Part shown: positions 49,701-58,900 of the stretch, piece by piece | Layout: every line of letters begins with the position of its first letter | How positions within the stretch are numbered: position 1 is the first letter of the stretch | Source of the DNA: Callorhinchus milii | Lineage: Eukaryota | Assembly: GCF_018977255.1 (NCBI RefSeq) | Contig: NW_024704742.1 | Coordinates: 93,436,001 to 93,500,000 of the forward strand | Reading direction: 5' to 3' | DNA: 64,000 nucleotides | Notes under the pieces: model-generated | What the model was told of the DNA's origin: nothing | The model's database searches: none | What the model saw: only the letters and a program-made list of their open reading frames with translations | Position numbers and translations under genes: made by a program

Positions 49701-51704
49701 TTCCATTTCTCCGCTCTTTCACACAGTTTGATTCCTGAGAGAGGGAGAAAAACCCGGAGCACTTTATATGAAACGCGCTTAGGGCGAATATGGTACTTTT
49801 ACTGTTCTGCTTTTTCATTTTCCCTGTGTTTTTTTTATATTTTAAAAATATAAATGTTAGCTAGCAGCACAAACACATTACTACCGATTCCAATCCTGAA
49901 GATGTTGTGGTATAGTGTTGTCCTACAGCAACTAAGTATTCAATTTAATTTCTATATTAAGATTTTAGAGTGCCATAGAATGTAGGTGATGCATTACTAA
50001 ATGGAAACAGTGTATAAGGGGGTCATAGTAAGTAGTAGCAGCAAAGGAACAGGAGGAGGATATTGAACCCATCATGCCAGATCTTTTTATCGCATAGTTT
50101 GCCCCCAAAATACACACTGTCACACCTGCCTATATTCTCCTGAGAAGTATTTTCTAATCTCTCTCACTTTAGCCTCTTCTAATTTGAAGACTATGTCCCC
50201 TTGTTTTGGATCCCTTTGCCAATGTGAAGAGTCACTCGACAAACAGATTTTTTTTATAAACACTTTTTTTCCTCCTGAAAGCACTGATTTGCACTTGTAC
50301 TGCACCCAAATGATCGTACTTAACGTTTCAGCAGAGCCAACTGAATGTCAGAAAGGAGAAAGGAAATCCGAATTAGTCAATCCTCAGCCCTCACTGCTCA
50401 ACTTCACTATTAATGATGGTTTGGGATAGGACATCATCTGACTCATTCAACGGAATAGATATCACATAGATCGCAAATGTAGCCTCACTCCCTTTCTGTA
50501 GGCTTTTTCCAGACACTTTAGGAAATGCAGAAAAACCTCCTCTCTGAATTTCCTACTGTTGCTACTTTCTATTTTCAAATCAACTTCCTTTGGAGCATAC
50601 AAGGCCAATTTCATAAATCACTCACTGGGCTAATTTGCAAATATTAAACCTAATACTTAAAAAGACACGAAAAACTTATCTGTAGCCGGTGGCACTTTGA
50701 GTATCAGTGTTGTTTGCCTGCATTGAATCCTGTGTAGTTTTACCCCCCCATGCATGTTATCAGTTTGAACAGTGGTTGTTGACATGAGGTTTATATTTTT
50801 TGCTGAAACCTGAAGCAAATTAAATCGTAAAGCTGCATGACTAAGTTTATCTATTGGGGTCTGTGCTTGTCCACCTAATGAGCAGATTTAGCAAATTGCT
50901 GTGATTTTGAGCTAATTGCTTTTTTGGGACAGCATCCCATATTTTCATAATTGAATTTCTGGTCATTCCTGTCTTGCTAATGTGCTTCAGCCAGTGTACT
51001 GTTAACTGTGTAATACATTGGGAATCAGAGCCAGCAACCCTCATTTTGTTTTAAGTTTGAAGATGACAAATCTCTCCCTGGCCAACTGTCTCCTCACCCC
51101 AAGCAGAGTTCAGCTAATTGAGCACAAAGTGGGGGATTGAACTTGGGCCTTTCTTGGCTTGCATGACTTCATGCTACTTTATTTGGTATGTGTGTATGTA
51201 TTTGTGGTTTTATGCATACACTCACGCAGCAGAACCATGTTGTAAAGTGCTTCAGTATAACATAGGTTCGCCAATAGGTTGTGGTGTGAACCCTGTCTTT
51301 ATTTATCCATAAAAATCCACACTAGACGTTCACCCTTTTGGCTTCCCCCAAGCACTGGCTCATGTTTTGTCTTTCTGCCTGCTTTTGCAGTGAATGTGGA
51401 AGTGCTGATTGGCCATTGATTGTATGTAGCCTTGATATTTGAAGGAGAGACATTTTCTGTTAAATTCTAGATTTTGTGCAACTTGCACACCTAAAAAAAA
51501 ATTGGCGCTTTTTTTAAGATGTTAATTTTTTGTTGGTGGTTCTGCTTCTTGTGTAATGGCCTATGTACTTTTGCATGACAGTTTTTTTTAATTCTGTTGC
51601 ACCTTTTACTAAAATATGTAATTTTGGCAGATTTGCTTAATTTTTGTTTCTGATTTTATTCAAGTCACTCCACACTCCACACTAGAGTACCATTACTCCG
51701 CTAA
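4710..51704 (+). CDS. CDC14B: Dual-specificity protein phosphatase CDC14B, whole coding span. 12 core exons plus alternative 3' exons; predicted isoforms of about 425-573 aa.
   Basis: Manually spliced GT-AG exons with consistent phases translate to [28 protein letters not shown]...[14 protein letters not shown]...[21 protein letters not shown]...[12 protein letters not shown] rather than A is supported by tail-to-tail adjacency to HABP4 (as in human), the [20 protein letters not shown] exon and the hydrophobic tail exon. Confidence 0.9.
4760..5330. repeat. G-rich minisatellite (about 17-19 bp, GGGGGTCCCGGGGAG) in CDC14B intron 1
   Basis: About 30 visible units, starting immediately after the exon 1 donor. 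Confidence 0.95.
5734..5824 (+). CDS. CDC14B: CDC14B exon 2 ([31 protein letters not shown])
   Basis: tttcag acceptor, AA|GTGAGT donor, 91 nt, conserved CDC14 A-domain motif. Confidence 0.97.
6321..6396 (+). CDS. CDC14B: CDC14B exon 3 ([25 protein letters not shown])
   Basis: ttctag acceptor, AAG|GTAAAT donor, hallmark [10 protein letters not shown]. Confidence 0.97.
9720..9965 (+). mobile_element. L2 3' UTR fragment
   Basis: PTLWNSIP motif and GCGCTTTGGGACGTCCTCCCAACGTGAAAGGCGC tail. Confidence 0.8.
10995..11392 (+). mobile_element. L2 LINE 3' fragment
   Basis: Closely similar to 2348-2730 (CACAGATTTCCCATCACACAGAGGATACAG...) with an L2 tail. Confidence 0.85.
12466..12588 (-). mobile_element. 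Penelope-like element terminal fragment with a hammerhead-like core
   Basis: The + strand reads CTGCAGATGCTGGAAATCTG...CAGGTCAGGCAGCATCT...AACGTTTCGGGTC..CCCTTCGTCAG, a repeat type recalled as common in sharks. Confidence 0.65.
12872..12964 (+). CDS. CDC14B: CDC14B exon 4 ([31 protein letters not shown])
   Basis: ttacag acceptor, TCG|GTAAGT donor, 93 nt in frame. Confidence 0.96.
13025..13398 (-). mobile_element. tRNA-SINE, longer-body subfamily
   Basis: Same head and tail as 24799, plus an internal segment shared with the copies at 25530, 56030 and 58875. Confidence 0.88.
13903..14365 (-). mobile_element. L2 LINE 3' fragment
   Basis: [50 protein letters not shown] plus tail. Confidence 0.88.
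14372..14638 (-). mobile_element. 5'-truncated tRNA-SINE next to the L2 fragment
   Basis: Matches the 24799 family. Confidence 0.85.
21137..21213 (+). CDS. CDC14B: CDC14B exon 5 ([26 protein letters not shown])
   Basis: ctcaag acceptor, AG|GTAATT donor, 77 nt. Confidence 0.96.
22262..22560 (+). mobile_element. tRNA-SINE fragment with a duplicated 3' tail
   Basis: Two successive ...AAATGCAAGGATTATTATT tails. Confidence 0.85.
24799..25113 (+). mobile_element. Full-length tRNA-derived SINE with L2-type 3' tail
   Basis: A box TAGCTCAGTGG (24808), B box GTTCAATTCC (24852), 3' stem-loop shared with L2, (ATT)n end. Confidence 0.92.
25530..25932 (-). mobile_element. tRNA-SINE, longer-body subfamily
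   Basis: Head ...ACCACTGAGCTACAGACTCC and tail AATAATCCTTGCATTTG on the + strand. Confidence 0.85.
26756..26822 (+). CDS. CDC14B: CDC14B exon 6 ([22 protein letters not shown])
   Basis: ttccag acceptor, AAG|GTAAGA donor, 67 nt. Confidence 0.96.
26993..27055 (+). CDS. CDC14B: CDC14B exon 7 ([21 protein letters not shown])
   Basis: tcccag acceptor, GAG|GTTAGT donor, 63 nt, acidic EYEHYE linker. Confidence 0.96.
27187..27274 (+). CDS. CDC14B: CDC14B exon 8 ([30 protein letters not shown])
   Basis: ttgcag acceptor, G|GTAGGT donor, 88 nt. Confidence 0.96.
27858..28890 (+). mobile_element. 5'-truncated CR1 LINE with stop codons, in CDC14B intron 8
   Basis: [43 protein letters not shown]. Tail GGCCTACTCCTGCTCCTA..ATGTTATGTTATG. 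Confidence 0.92.
28964..29194 (+). CDS. CDC14B: CDC14B exon 9 ([16 protein letters not shown]...[12 protein letters not shown]...VIAIHCK)
   Basis: aaccag acceptor, AAG|GTATTC donor, 231 nt. Contains the general-acid Asp loop (DGSTP) and the catalytic HC. Confidence 0.97.
29620..29758 (+). CDS. CDC14B: CDC14B exon 10 ([47 protein letters not shown])
   Basis: ttacag acceptor, GA|GTGAGT donor, 139 nt. Completes the CX5R P-loop. Confidence 0.97.
29958..30117 (+). CDS. CDC14B: CDC14B exon 11 ([17 protein letters not shown]...[26 protein letters not shown]), includes an NES-like segment
   Basis: gagcag acceptor, ATG|GTAAGC donor, 160 nt. Confidence 0.95.
31152..31258 (+). CDS. CDC14B: CDC14B exon 12 ([35 protein letters not shown])
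   Basis: cctcag acceptor, AA|GTGAGT donor (phase 2), conserved TQGDxLRALKS. Confidence 0.95.
31466..32200 (-). mobile_element. Internally deleted L2 LINE fragment
   Basis: [26 protein letters not shown] on the - strand, with an L2-type tail near 31470. Confidence 0.85.
37445..37902 (-). mobile_element. Older tRNA-Deu SINE (DeuSINE-like) with L2 tail; related fragments at about 7875-8120, 16640-16985, 20380-20690, 23375-23610 and 53890-54145
   Basis: The - strand has a tRNA-like head, then a Deu-domain-like GGATGAGATGGTAAACCGAGG..CAGGTGGATGTTAAAGATTCC, then the L2 tail. Confidence 0.7.
38460..38725 (+). mobile_element. L2 3' fragment
   Basis: TTCAAAGCCCTCCATG... to GTGAAAGGTGCTATACAAATGTAATTTGTTG. 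Confidence 0.75.
39138..39249 (+). CDS. CDC14B: CDC14B alternative terminal exon encoding a hydrophobic tail ([37 protein letters not shown])
   Basis: Strong polypyrimidine acceptor cttttttcctcttctag. In frame with the phase-2 exon 12 donor. Resembles the recalled mammalian Cdc14b tail (...LAVLTSALCSVxIWWIVC...LLFCLDG). Confidence 0.8.
41110..41232. repeat. 123-bp near-perfect palindrome (61-bp arms, 3 mismatches, 1-nt centre)
   Basis: TACACAGGCATTGCCTAAGAATG...CATTCTTAGGCAATGCCTGTGTA, read directly. Confidence 0.95.
42186..42530 (-). mobile_element. L2 3' fragment
   Basis: Reverse complement of the L2 3' end seen at 2400-2730. Confidence 0.8.
44118..44165 (+). CDS. CDC14B: CDC14B exon 13, 48 nt ([17 protein letters not shown])
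   Basis: ttgtag acceptor, AG|GTAGGT donor, phase 2-2. Similar to the recalled CDC14A segment SDDTKGHPRAVSQPFR. Confidence 0.8.
44734..44862 (+). CDS. CDC14B: CDC14B exon 14 ([43 protein letters not shown]); alternative acceptor at 44731
   Basis: CAGTAG tandem acceptor, AG|GTAAGT donor, phase 2-2. Similar to the recalled human CDC14B VILQSSVQSCKTS...TKRTTRS. Confidence 0.88.
45236..45449. mobile_element. MITE-like element with terminal inverted repeats AGGCC(T/A)GAAATTCC
   Basis: AGGCCTGAAATTCC at 45236 and GGAATTTCTGGCCT ending at 45449. A partial inverted copy lies at 43860-43949. Confidence 0.65.
48472..48778 (+). CDS. CDC14B: CDC14A-like exon 15 ([22 protein letters not shown]...NLSHSHP). 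Internal donor at 48715, or read-through [20 protein letters not shown].
   Basis: atacag acceptor in frame after exon 14. RLASSLGNL motif as in CDC14A. CCA|GTAAGT donor at 48715/48716. AATAAA at 48943-48948. Confidence 0.82.
48943..48948 (+). terminator. Candidate polyadenylation signal for the exon-15 read-through isoform
   Basis: AATAAA about 165 nt after the TGA at 48776-48778. Confidence 0.4.
51665..51704 (+). CDS. CDC14B: CDC14B last exon, coding part: (S)[12 protein letters not shown] from a phase-2 donor, or SLHTPH* (stop at 51685) from a phase-0 donor
   Basis: ttttattcaag acceptor. Ends in LR* like the recalled human CDC14B SLSISRTKTVLR*. Followed by about 2 kb of AT-rich UTR-like sequence with few recognisable repeats. 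Confidence 0.72.
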
Positions 51705-53754
51705 AATGGCATCTGAATCGACAGCTTGGAGGATTTGGAAAGAAAACCGGAGGACTGGATTTCCTCTCCCCTCTTTTTTCCCCATAAACAATATACTGTA
51801 TGCTGAATTGGGACTTCACCATTCCTTCACCACAGGACTCTGCACCTGAATTCCTGCTTTTGATTGATGCTATTTCCGTGTGAAGTGCTGTTATTCAGAA
51901 GGTTGTATTATTGACTGCATTATTCTTAATTCAAAGAATCATTGAGTAGGGCATAGTGGTGATGATTGATCGTCTACAGGCACCCATAACCTGCTGAATT
52001 GAAGACAGTTTTTAAAAATAAAAGGCCTGAAGGAACATTTTGAAGCTTTTAAACAAAAAAGTGAAAACTTGCATTGTCAATCTCCCTTTGTTTTCGATTG
52101 TATCTGAGCTCAGTGGTAGCAGTCAGTCCTTTAACACCATCTTATGGCCAAAATATGATAGTACAGTACATATAAAGTTACCTTAGATGGCATGAAATGA
52201 ATCTTAGCAAATTGGTTTGGCGGCATTCAATGTAACATATGTTAACTCATAATTCTTCAATTAATTGCCTTTCTCCTACCTCCTCCCTTCTGGTTCACAG
52301 AAACCTTCCCAGGGATAATTGTACTAACCAATCACGCCTTGCTGTATTTCTGCATTGGAATGTATATTTGAGAACCCATTGAGTTATTTTTATCAGCTGG
52401 AGCACTATTTTAGGTGGTTAATGCTGTAGTTGTGTAGAAAGAGCACTGTGTGATCTTGTCTTGCAAGGGATATTTTTTGCAATCAGTGCAAAATCAGTGA
52501 AAAGGAACAATCCCTGCCTTGCTTCTGTTAAACGCCCATTTGTGACTGATTCAGCTCTCAAAACTAAATGTCCCTTCACACCCTGAATTACAAGAGAAAA
52601 CTGCCACCAGTAAGTAAAAACAATCCTGAACTCCTGCTCAGCCCATCTATATTGCTTTCAAAAATATGTATGTTTTTATATATATGTTTTTTGTAAAAGC
52701 TTAATTTTTTTTTAAATCATGCAGTCACAACACACAATATTTCAGGATATATTTCTAGCTTATTTCTTGAGTTTAACATTTTCCGTTACAAAATAACTGG
52801 TGCAGAATCCTTTTTTGTTTAATGCATTGAAGAAATTGCATTAAGAAATTGAAGTGGCTGAATTAAGAGCTGGAACGATCATCAGTGATCCTTTATCTGA
52901 AATGTATATGGTTGTTTGTAAAGTACAAATTTTAAAGCAACACGTCCTTATAAATCAGTCACCAAGAAGATTTGTGTTCTACTACCAAGTTGTGTAGTAA
53001 GACATTAAGACATTGCCAACATTAGTACTGGTTTCTGTAGAATAGATATGGTCTAACTATAACAAAAAAAATTAACCCAAATTGGGGTGCAAGGATAATA
53101 TTTTTGTATGCATGATCAAATTGTATTTTACGAGTCTGTTGATTTTGCAGTGAATGTCTTCTGGAATAGACTTGGTGTAGCTGCAACAATAACCTTTGTG
53201 GCTTGGAAATGTAGTCTGTTTGGCATAGCCAAAAACCCTTTTTTTGTAACTTGTTACAGAAAATAAGCTTATCTTTTTATGTCTTTTATATCTATTTATT
53301 GCTCTCAAATTGAAAATATTAGCCATAGAGTGATAACATGAAGAATTGTACGAAACGGTCCAAGATGCTTGGAAAATGTTTGTTTCCACAACCCTCAGTT
53401 TGATTTTGAACACTTCATTCAGCCTCTTCTTAAACCAGACTCTCATACTTCTGCTTACTGCAGTGTGTGTATGTCTGCGACTTTTTTTCACTGGCAAATT
53501 TGATTTTCCAGTATAAACTTTTCCCTCTTAATTTTACTTTTATTTGGGTGAAGGGCATTTTTAAACTTCAGAAACTCATATTTCTCTATGGTATATAATT
53601 TGTATAAATTTGAACTGTTATTACATAATCATCCCTGAAACGGGGAAGTTTTTTTTTAAAAAACTGGTTGCAATGTTTGTGTGGAACTGATATATACTTA
53701 TTTTGTATAGATATGTATGTAGAACATAACCATACTGATTTTTTTATGACCAGA

Positions 53755-53760
53755 AATAAA
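53755..53760 (+). terminator. Candidate CDC14B distal polyadenylation signal (AATAAA)
   Basis: AATAAA at the end of the AT-rich UTR-like region, with T/GT-rich sequence downstream and SINE remnants resuming near 53890. Confidence 0.55.
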
Positions 53761-55077
53761 AGTATGATAACCATTTCCATTTATTGATTACAAGTGCATT
53801 TCTTAAAAGATTTATTCCTACTGTATTCAAAATAATTTGACACCAGTTTCGTGTTGACAATGTGTGTATTTTGTTGGCTTTCAGGCTAACAATCCTTGCA
53901 TTTTGATATAGCACTTTTCACGTCTAGAGAACATTTCAAAAGTTATGAAGTATAGTGTATTTTGCAGGCAAACATTGCAGCCAAAATATGCACAGCAATA
54001 TCCCACAAACAGCTATGATGTTAATGCTCAATTTTATCTGGGTGGGGGTTGTTGACAGGGAGAAACTCTCTTTTGAGTAGTAATGCTCTGGGATCTTGAA
54101 CGTCCATTTGAACAGGCAGCCAGGCATTGGTTTAACATCTCATCTAATAGGTTTATAATTAGCCCTGTTTACTGGTCTTGCAAATGATATGGCTATTTTA
54201 AAAATATTTATTTGGTTCCAGATAAAGCCAATATGGATTCTGCCTCGATCATCACTCACAGCAGGCATTTCCATATCCTAATTATTGTGTGAATAAATTC
54301 CCCCTAATTCCCTGATGGCCTCTAGTTACTGACTCACCAATCAATGACAATTTCTCCTTATTAACTATCAAAACACCTCATAGTTTGAAAGACCTCCAAA
54401 TCAGCTAATCCTGCAACCTTTGTTCCATCAGCACAAGTTTCTCCAATCTGCTCATAAGTCAAACCACTCATCCCCAGTATTATCCTAGTAAATCTCTGCA
54501 CTCTATTGCCTAAACTGGGGTAACTAAACAGGTGAATGGACACAGTCTTGGTCTAACAATTTTAGCAATACTTCTGGTTTTATTTTCTATACCCCATTTG
54601 TAAAACCGAGCATGTCATTTTGAGAAGTTGCAATTAACACAAAAAATCTGGTTTACAAATTGCCCCTTAACTGGCATTGGAATATCAAAGAGTGCACGTT
54701 TGATAGGGGCAAAAGTGCTTTGAAATAGGGAAAATCCCCAAATGGAAGTTTTAGACTGGGTGAAGAGTATGAGAGACAATTTCAGTCATGAGGTCCCTGT
54801 GCATACAAGGATTCAGATAAAATATTCTTTGAAATTGATATAAAAAGGCCTAACAAGAAATTCAGTCCTACGTTTTTTTAAGTCTGATAAACTGAAATGA
54901 TCTATAACTTATAATAAAAAATAATCTTACATTTGATGTAGCACCTTATGTTTGAGACATCTCAAAGCACTTCACAAGATATACTGTAAATATTGCATAT
55001 TTTGTGGATGAAAACTTTGGTTGTTTAATGATACTTTAAAAAAAGAATGAAAAATTAACTGCTTCAACAAATCTGCA

Positions 55078-55083
55078 TTTATT
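55078..55083 (-). terminator. Candidate HABP4 polyadenylation signal (another AATAAA at 55225-55230)
   Basis: TTTATT on the + strand about 770 nt past the HABP4 stop, just before SINE remnants. Confidence 0.5.
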
Positions 55084-55853
55084 CCATCAAGTTTTTCAAA
55101 ACAAACAATTACCAAAAGGGCAAATTATCTAGTTTTTTTTCCCCCCCTTTACACAAGTTAGTCCAAACTTTCCAAACACACACTCTGAAAAGTAGTCACA
55201 AAGAAAGTTTTTTTTTGTGTTTTTTTTATTTGTGGCTCAGCATAACTAACTCCTCAACAAATTGAAGGACATGTGCATATTATGTTCAAAATGGTCTACA
55301 GTGAACTTGCAGTTGTTTCCACTGGTCAGGCACCAACTTAGGCACACTTGTAATACACCTGCAATATTTCAAATTTACACCGTTAAACCAATAGTAGAAC
55401 CATCTTGTTAAATAACCACAATATAATCTGTCTTCTCATCAATGTGCTTTTTTCAGGAAACATTCAATACTTTTTATACATATATATAATATACATTACA
55501 TATATATAATATATATATATATTGTTTTGCTAAACATCAAATATACCTCTCTTGAGCAGTTAGACATGTTTGCCAATATTACACAATTAAGCACAAAGGG
55601 AGGTGCTGAACACTCAGTAGTAAGGTCAGATTCCATCCATCTTTCACCCACACTCGAACGCTTTTAAGTTATGGGGTGAGATCCATTCACACAGGTGGTG
55701 AACAGAAAAGTCCAATTTCAGTAGTCAGAAAAACATCACTCCTCACACAATCAGTCAGTGTTATGACTGAAGCAAAAATCTTCTACGTCTCAATGTGCCC
55801 AAAACAAATCTCCATGATGGCTGTCACCAAGTCAGTTCCAGTCCGTTAATGCT

Positions 55854-55910
55854 TCAAGCAAGAGCAGGGAAGTCCTCAGGATCATCAGGGTTTGGAGCGC
55901 TAATCTGCGG
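55854..55910 (-). CDS. HABP4: HABP4 last coding exon ([18 protein letters not shown])
   Basis: ccacag acceptor (a second CAG lies 6 nt downstream), family-defining DFPAL terminus, TGA stop. Confidence 0.95.
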   Translation of the reverse strand, partial: PQISAPNPDDPEDFPALA

Positions 55911-58900
55911 CTGTGGAAGGGAAGAGGTAAAATATGAAGTATTGTTTTTCAACCTTACACCATCAGATTAAAAGAATGTACAGCACAGAAACCAGTTTCT
56001 GCCAGTATTTATACTTGCCTTACATTTGCAATTGATACAGCACCTTATGTCGAAACTCCTCAAACCACTTCACAATATTTTGTAAAGTGGATTGACGGTA
56101 TTTTGTGGGTGAAGCACAATAGTCAATTGCGCACAGCAATGTTCTACAAACAGTCATTGATTGAGTGATTTTTTTGGGACGGGGATTATTATCCCTGGAA
56201 AGCGATCCACCAATCGACTTACAACTGGGTTCCCATTTTCTGCTAGGTAAACAGGCACGTGGAATAATGAAACTTGCCTAAGGTTTCTCCCCGCAAACCC
56301 GGGGTCCTCTTGGTTGTGAGGCAAGCACGTTAACCACTATGCTATGGGACTCCACAATACTCCACACCAGTCTCCGTACATACCTTACTCCCTCCCTCCA
56401 AGTTACTTCACCCATCCGTAACCCTTCTATTCTCTCTCTTAAGCGAAGGTCCAGCTTCCTCTTCAAACCATCTACACTATTGGTGGCCAATCTTTATGGT
56501 TAGCCAACAAAACAAATTATCTTGATTGAATATTTCTTCATTCATGCCATAAATCATAAATTTATGGCACGTAAATCTACACTATCTGATTCAACCACGT
56601 ATTTAGGCAGCAAGTTCCACAACCCTCTTGTGTGAAGTCATTCCTCCTGAATTCTTTTAGATCCTCTGGTCACTACATTACTTTTGTCCCCTAGTTACTG
56701 ACTCCCCAACCAATGGAAACAGCCTATTTATGATAACCTTACTGAACCCTTTTATAATTTTAAATACCTCTCTTAGGTGCCCTCTTAAATGTCTTCTCTA
56801 GCATAAATAGGTCCAACCTATCCAGACTATCCTGATAGAAGCCCTGGAATCATCCCAGTAAATCTACACTACTCTTTCCATTGCTGCTACATCCATCATA
56901 TAGTGTGGAGACCAGAATCGGACCCAGTGATCTAAATGTGGTCTAACCAAGGTTTTGTAAACATTCAACATCACCTCCTTACTTATATATTCTATCCCTC
57001 TAGATAGAAGGCCTAAGACTCAACTGACTATTTTTTAAAAAATTACAGTTCCACAGGCTCCAGCAGCCTTCCAGCAGCAAGGTTAGCTTCTTCCCACAAG
57101 AGCTCAAGATGAAGTGTACACACACTATGAGAGACGACCCAGGTGGTCTCAATCTCATCTACCCACAAGCATTTCCACGAAACATTCTGACCGATTTCCC
57201 TCTTTCCGTATCCCAGAGACAGCAACATATATTGTTGGCACAATTGAGATCGGCAGTCTGTACAGTGCAGAGATCAAATCTGGATAATAACAATCCTTGC
57301 ATTTGATATAGCGCTTTTCATAACTTCTAACCGTCTCAAAGCCTTCACAGAATATACTGTAAAGTGAATTGACTGTATATTTGTGGGCGAAACGCGGCAG
57401 CCAATTGCGCACAGCAGTGTCCCACAAACAGTTGTAGATTGAGTGACCAAAATTATTTTGGGGGGGAATATTCCTAGTCCTCAGTACGACAGCAGGTAAG
57501 TACATTTGCCAATTGAAATGTCAGAAGAGAATTTATAGCTGTCATGATAGTTTCTTTGTAACAATAAAATTAATCCGCTTCAAATTAGAGATGTTCTCTC
57601 CTTCCCCACCCCCTCCCTTCATCTCTGTATTCACCATCTCTGGCGGTGGGGCCTCTGGTCTGGTTTCACTAATTCTTTTGGCTCTTCCACGACCTCTAGA
57701 ACCACCCCTTCCTCGGCCAGGGCGTGTAAGACTTCCAAAGTTAATGTCCAGTTTAGAGGTGATATCATTTGCAGATCTTCTGAAGTAGTGGTGGTCGTCA
57801 TCATCAGATTCTTCCTTCACTTCCTAGTACAGAAAGCAACAAGCACATTAGTCTCGTTCGATTTCCCCCTCCCTTGCCAAGAAACACCGAGGTTTGCAAC
57901 ATCTTCAAATCTCTGATGTCCCTGCTCAGTTGGCATCTGCCACTGCATTAGCCAAGTCCTGAGATGTTTTTAAATGAAAGGCTCATTACAAATACATGCT
58001 GCTGCTGAGCAGAGGTGACACTGGAGTCCAATTTAGCCAATATGCAGAATTTGTGAGTTGGGTTAGCCATGTGCAATTACATACTGGTTCCCTTAATTAT
58101 ATCATTAACAAAGAGAAAGAAATAAGCTCTAATCAACTTCATTGGTTAATAACTTAATTCAGAACCCTCTATTTAATCCTGTAAGAGACTACGAATGATC
58201 TAGCGATAGAAATGGAATGAGTTTCACATGTTTGGAAAGACAATGGTGGCCTTTTGAACTGTATCTTCCCTTCCTTCTTTTAGGGCTTAATTCGATCACA
58301 CAGTAATACTCCAACCTGCAAAATCAGACCTCAGTGTGATCCAGGGTAGTTGTAAGCAGAAATAGATATACTTCGCAGAGACTGATTGTGATATCACGTT
58401 ATACCTCAACCTGTGGTACACAGCTAGGCTCCTCTGTATTCAGAAAGAATTCACTTACATCCCCTTCATATTTCGATTTGTGGATGACAACAGCCTTGGA
58501 CAAAATACTGGAATCTGGTTTACGGATGTTAAATTCCTTCTTGGGGCGAGTCTGTTCTTGAAGTGCTTTCCATTCATCCAAAGACATTTCATAGGGGCCA
58601 TCTACAGCCGTTTCAGGTTCTCCTTCGTTCCCTCTGCAATACAAACGTTACACCCAACCAATGACCACCATTGACCACACACAAAATAAAGGTTCTTGAA
58701 ATGTAAATGACCAAAGTAGAAACCTAACCCCTCAGCTTCTGTCAACACCATACGATACCACTTTGAGGTACGTATTTAAGACACAACCATAGAAGATGTA
58801 TATTTATTTTTTGAGGTGGGGGGGAAAAGGAGAAGATTGTCCATTCGGCGCTCAAGTTAACCAAAGAATTATAAATAATAATAGTCCTTGCATTTGATAT

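Noticed and set aside
4710..51704. Calling the gene CDC14A
   Set aside because: Several segments are A-like, but HABP4 adjacency, the exon-14 sequence, the hydrophobic tail exon and the LR* end favour CDC14B. A phylogeny is still needed.
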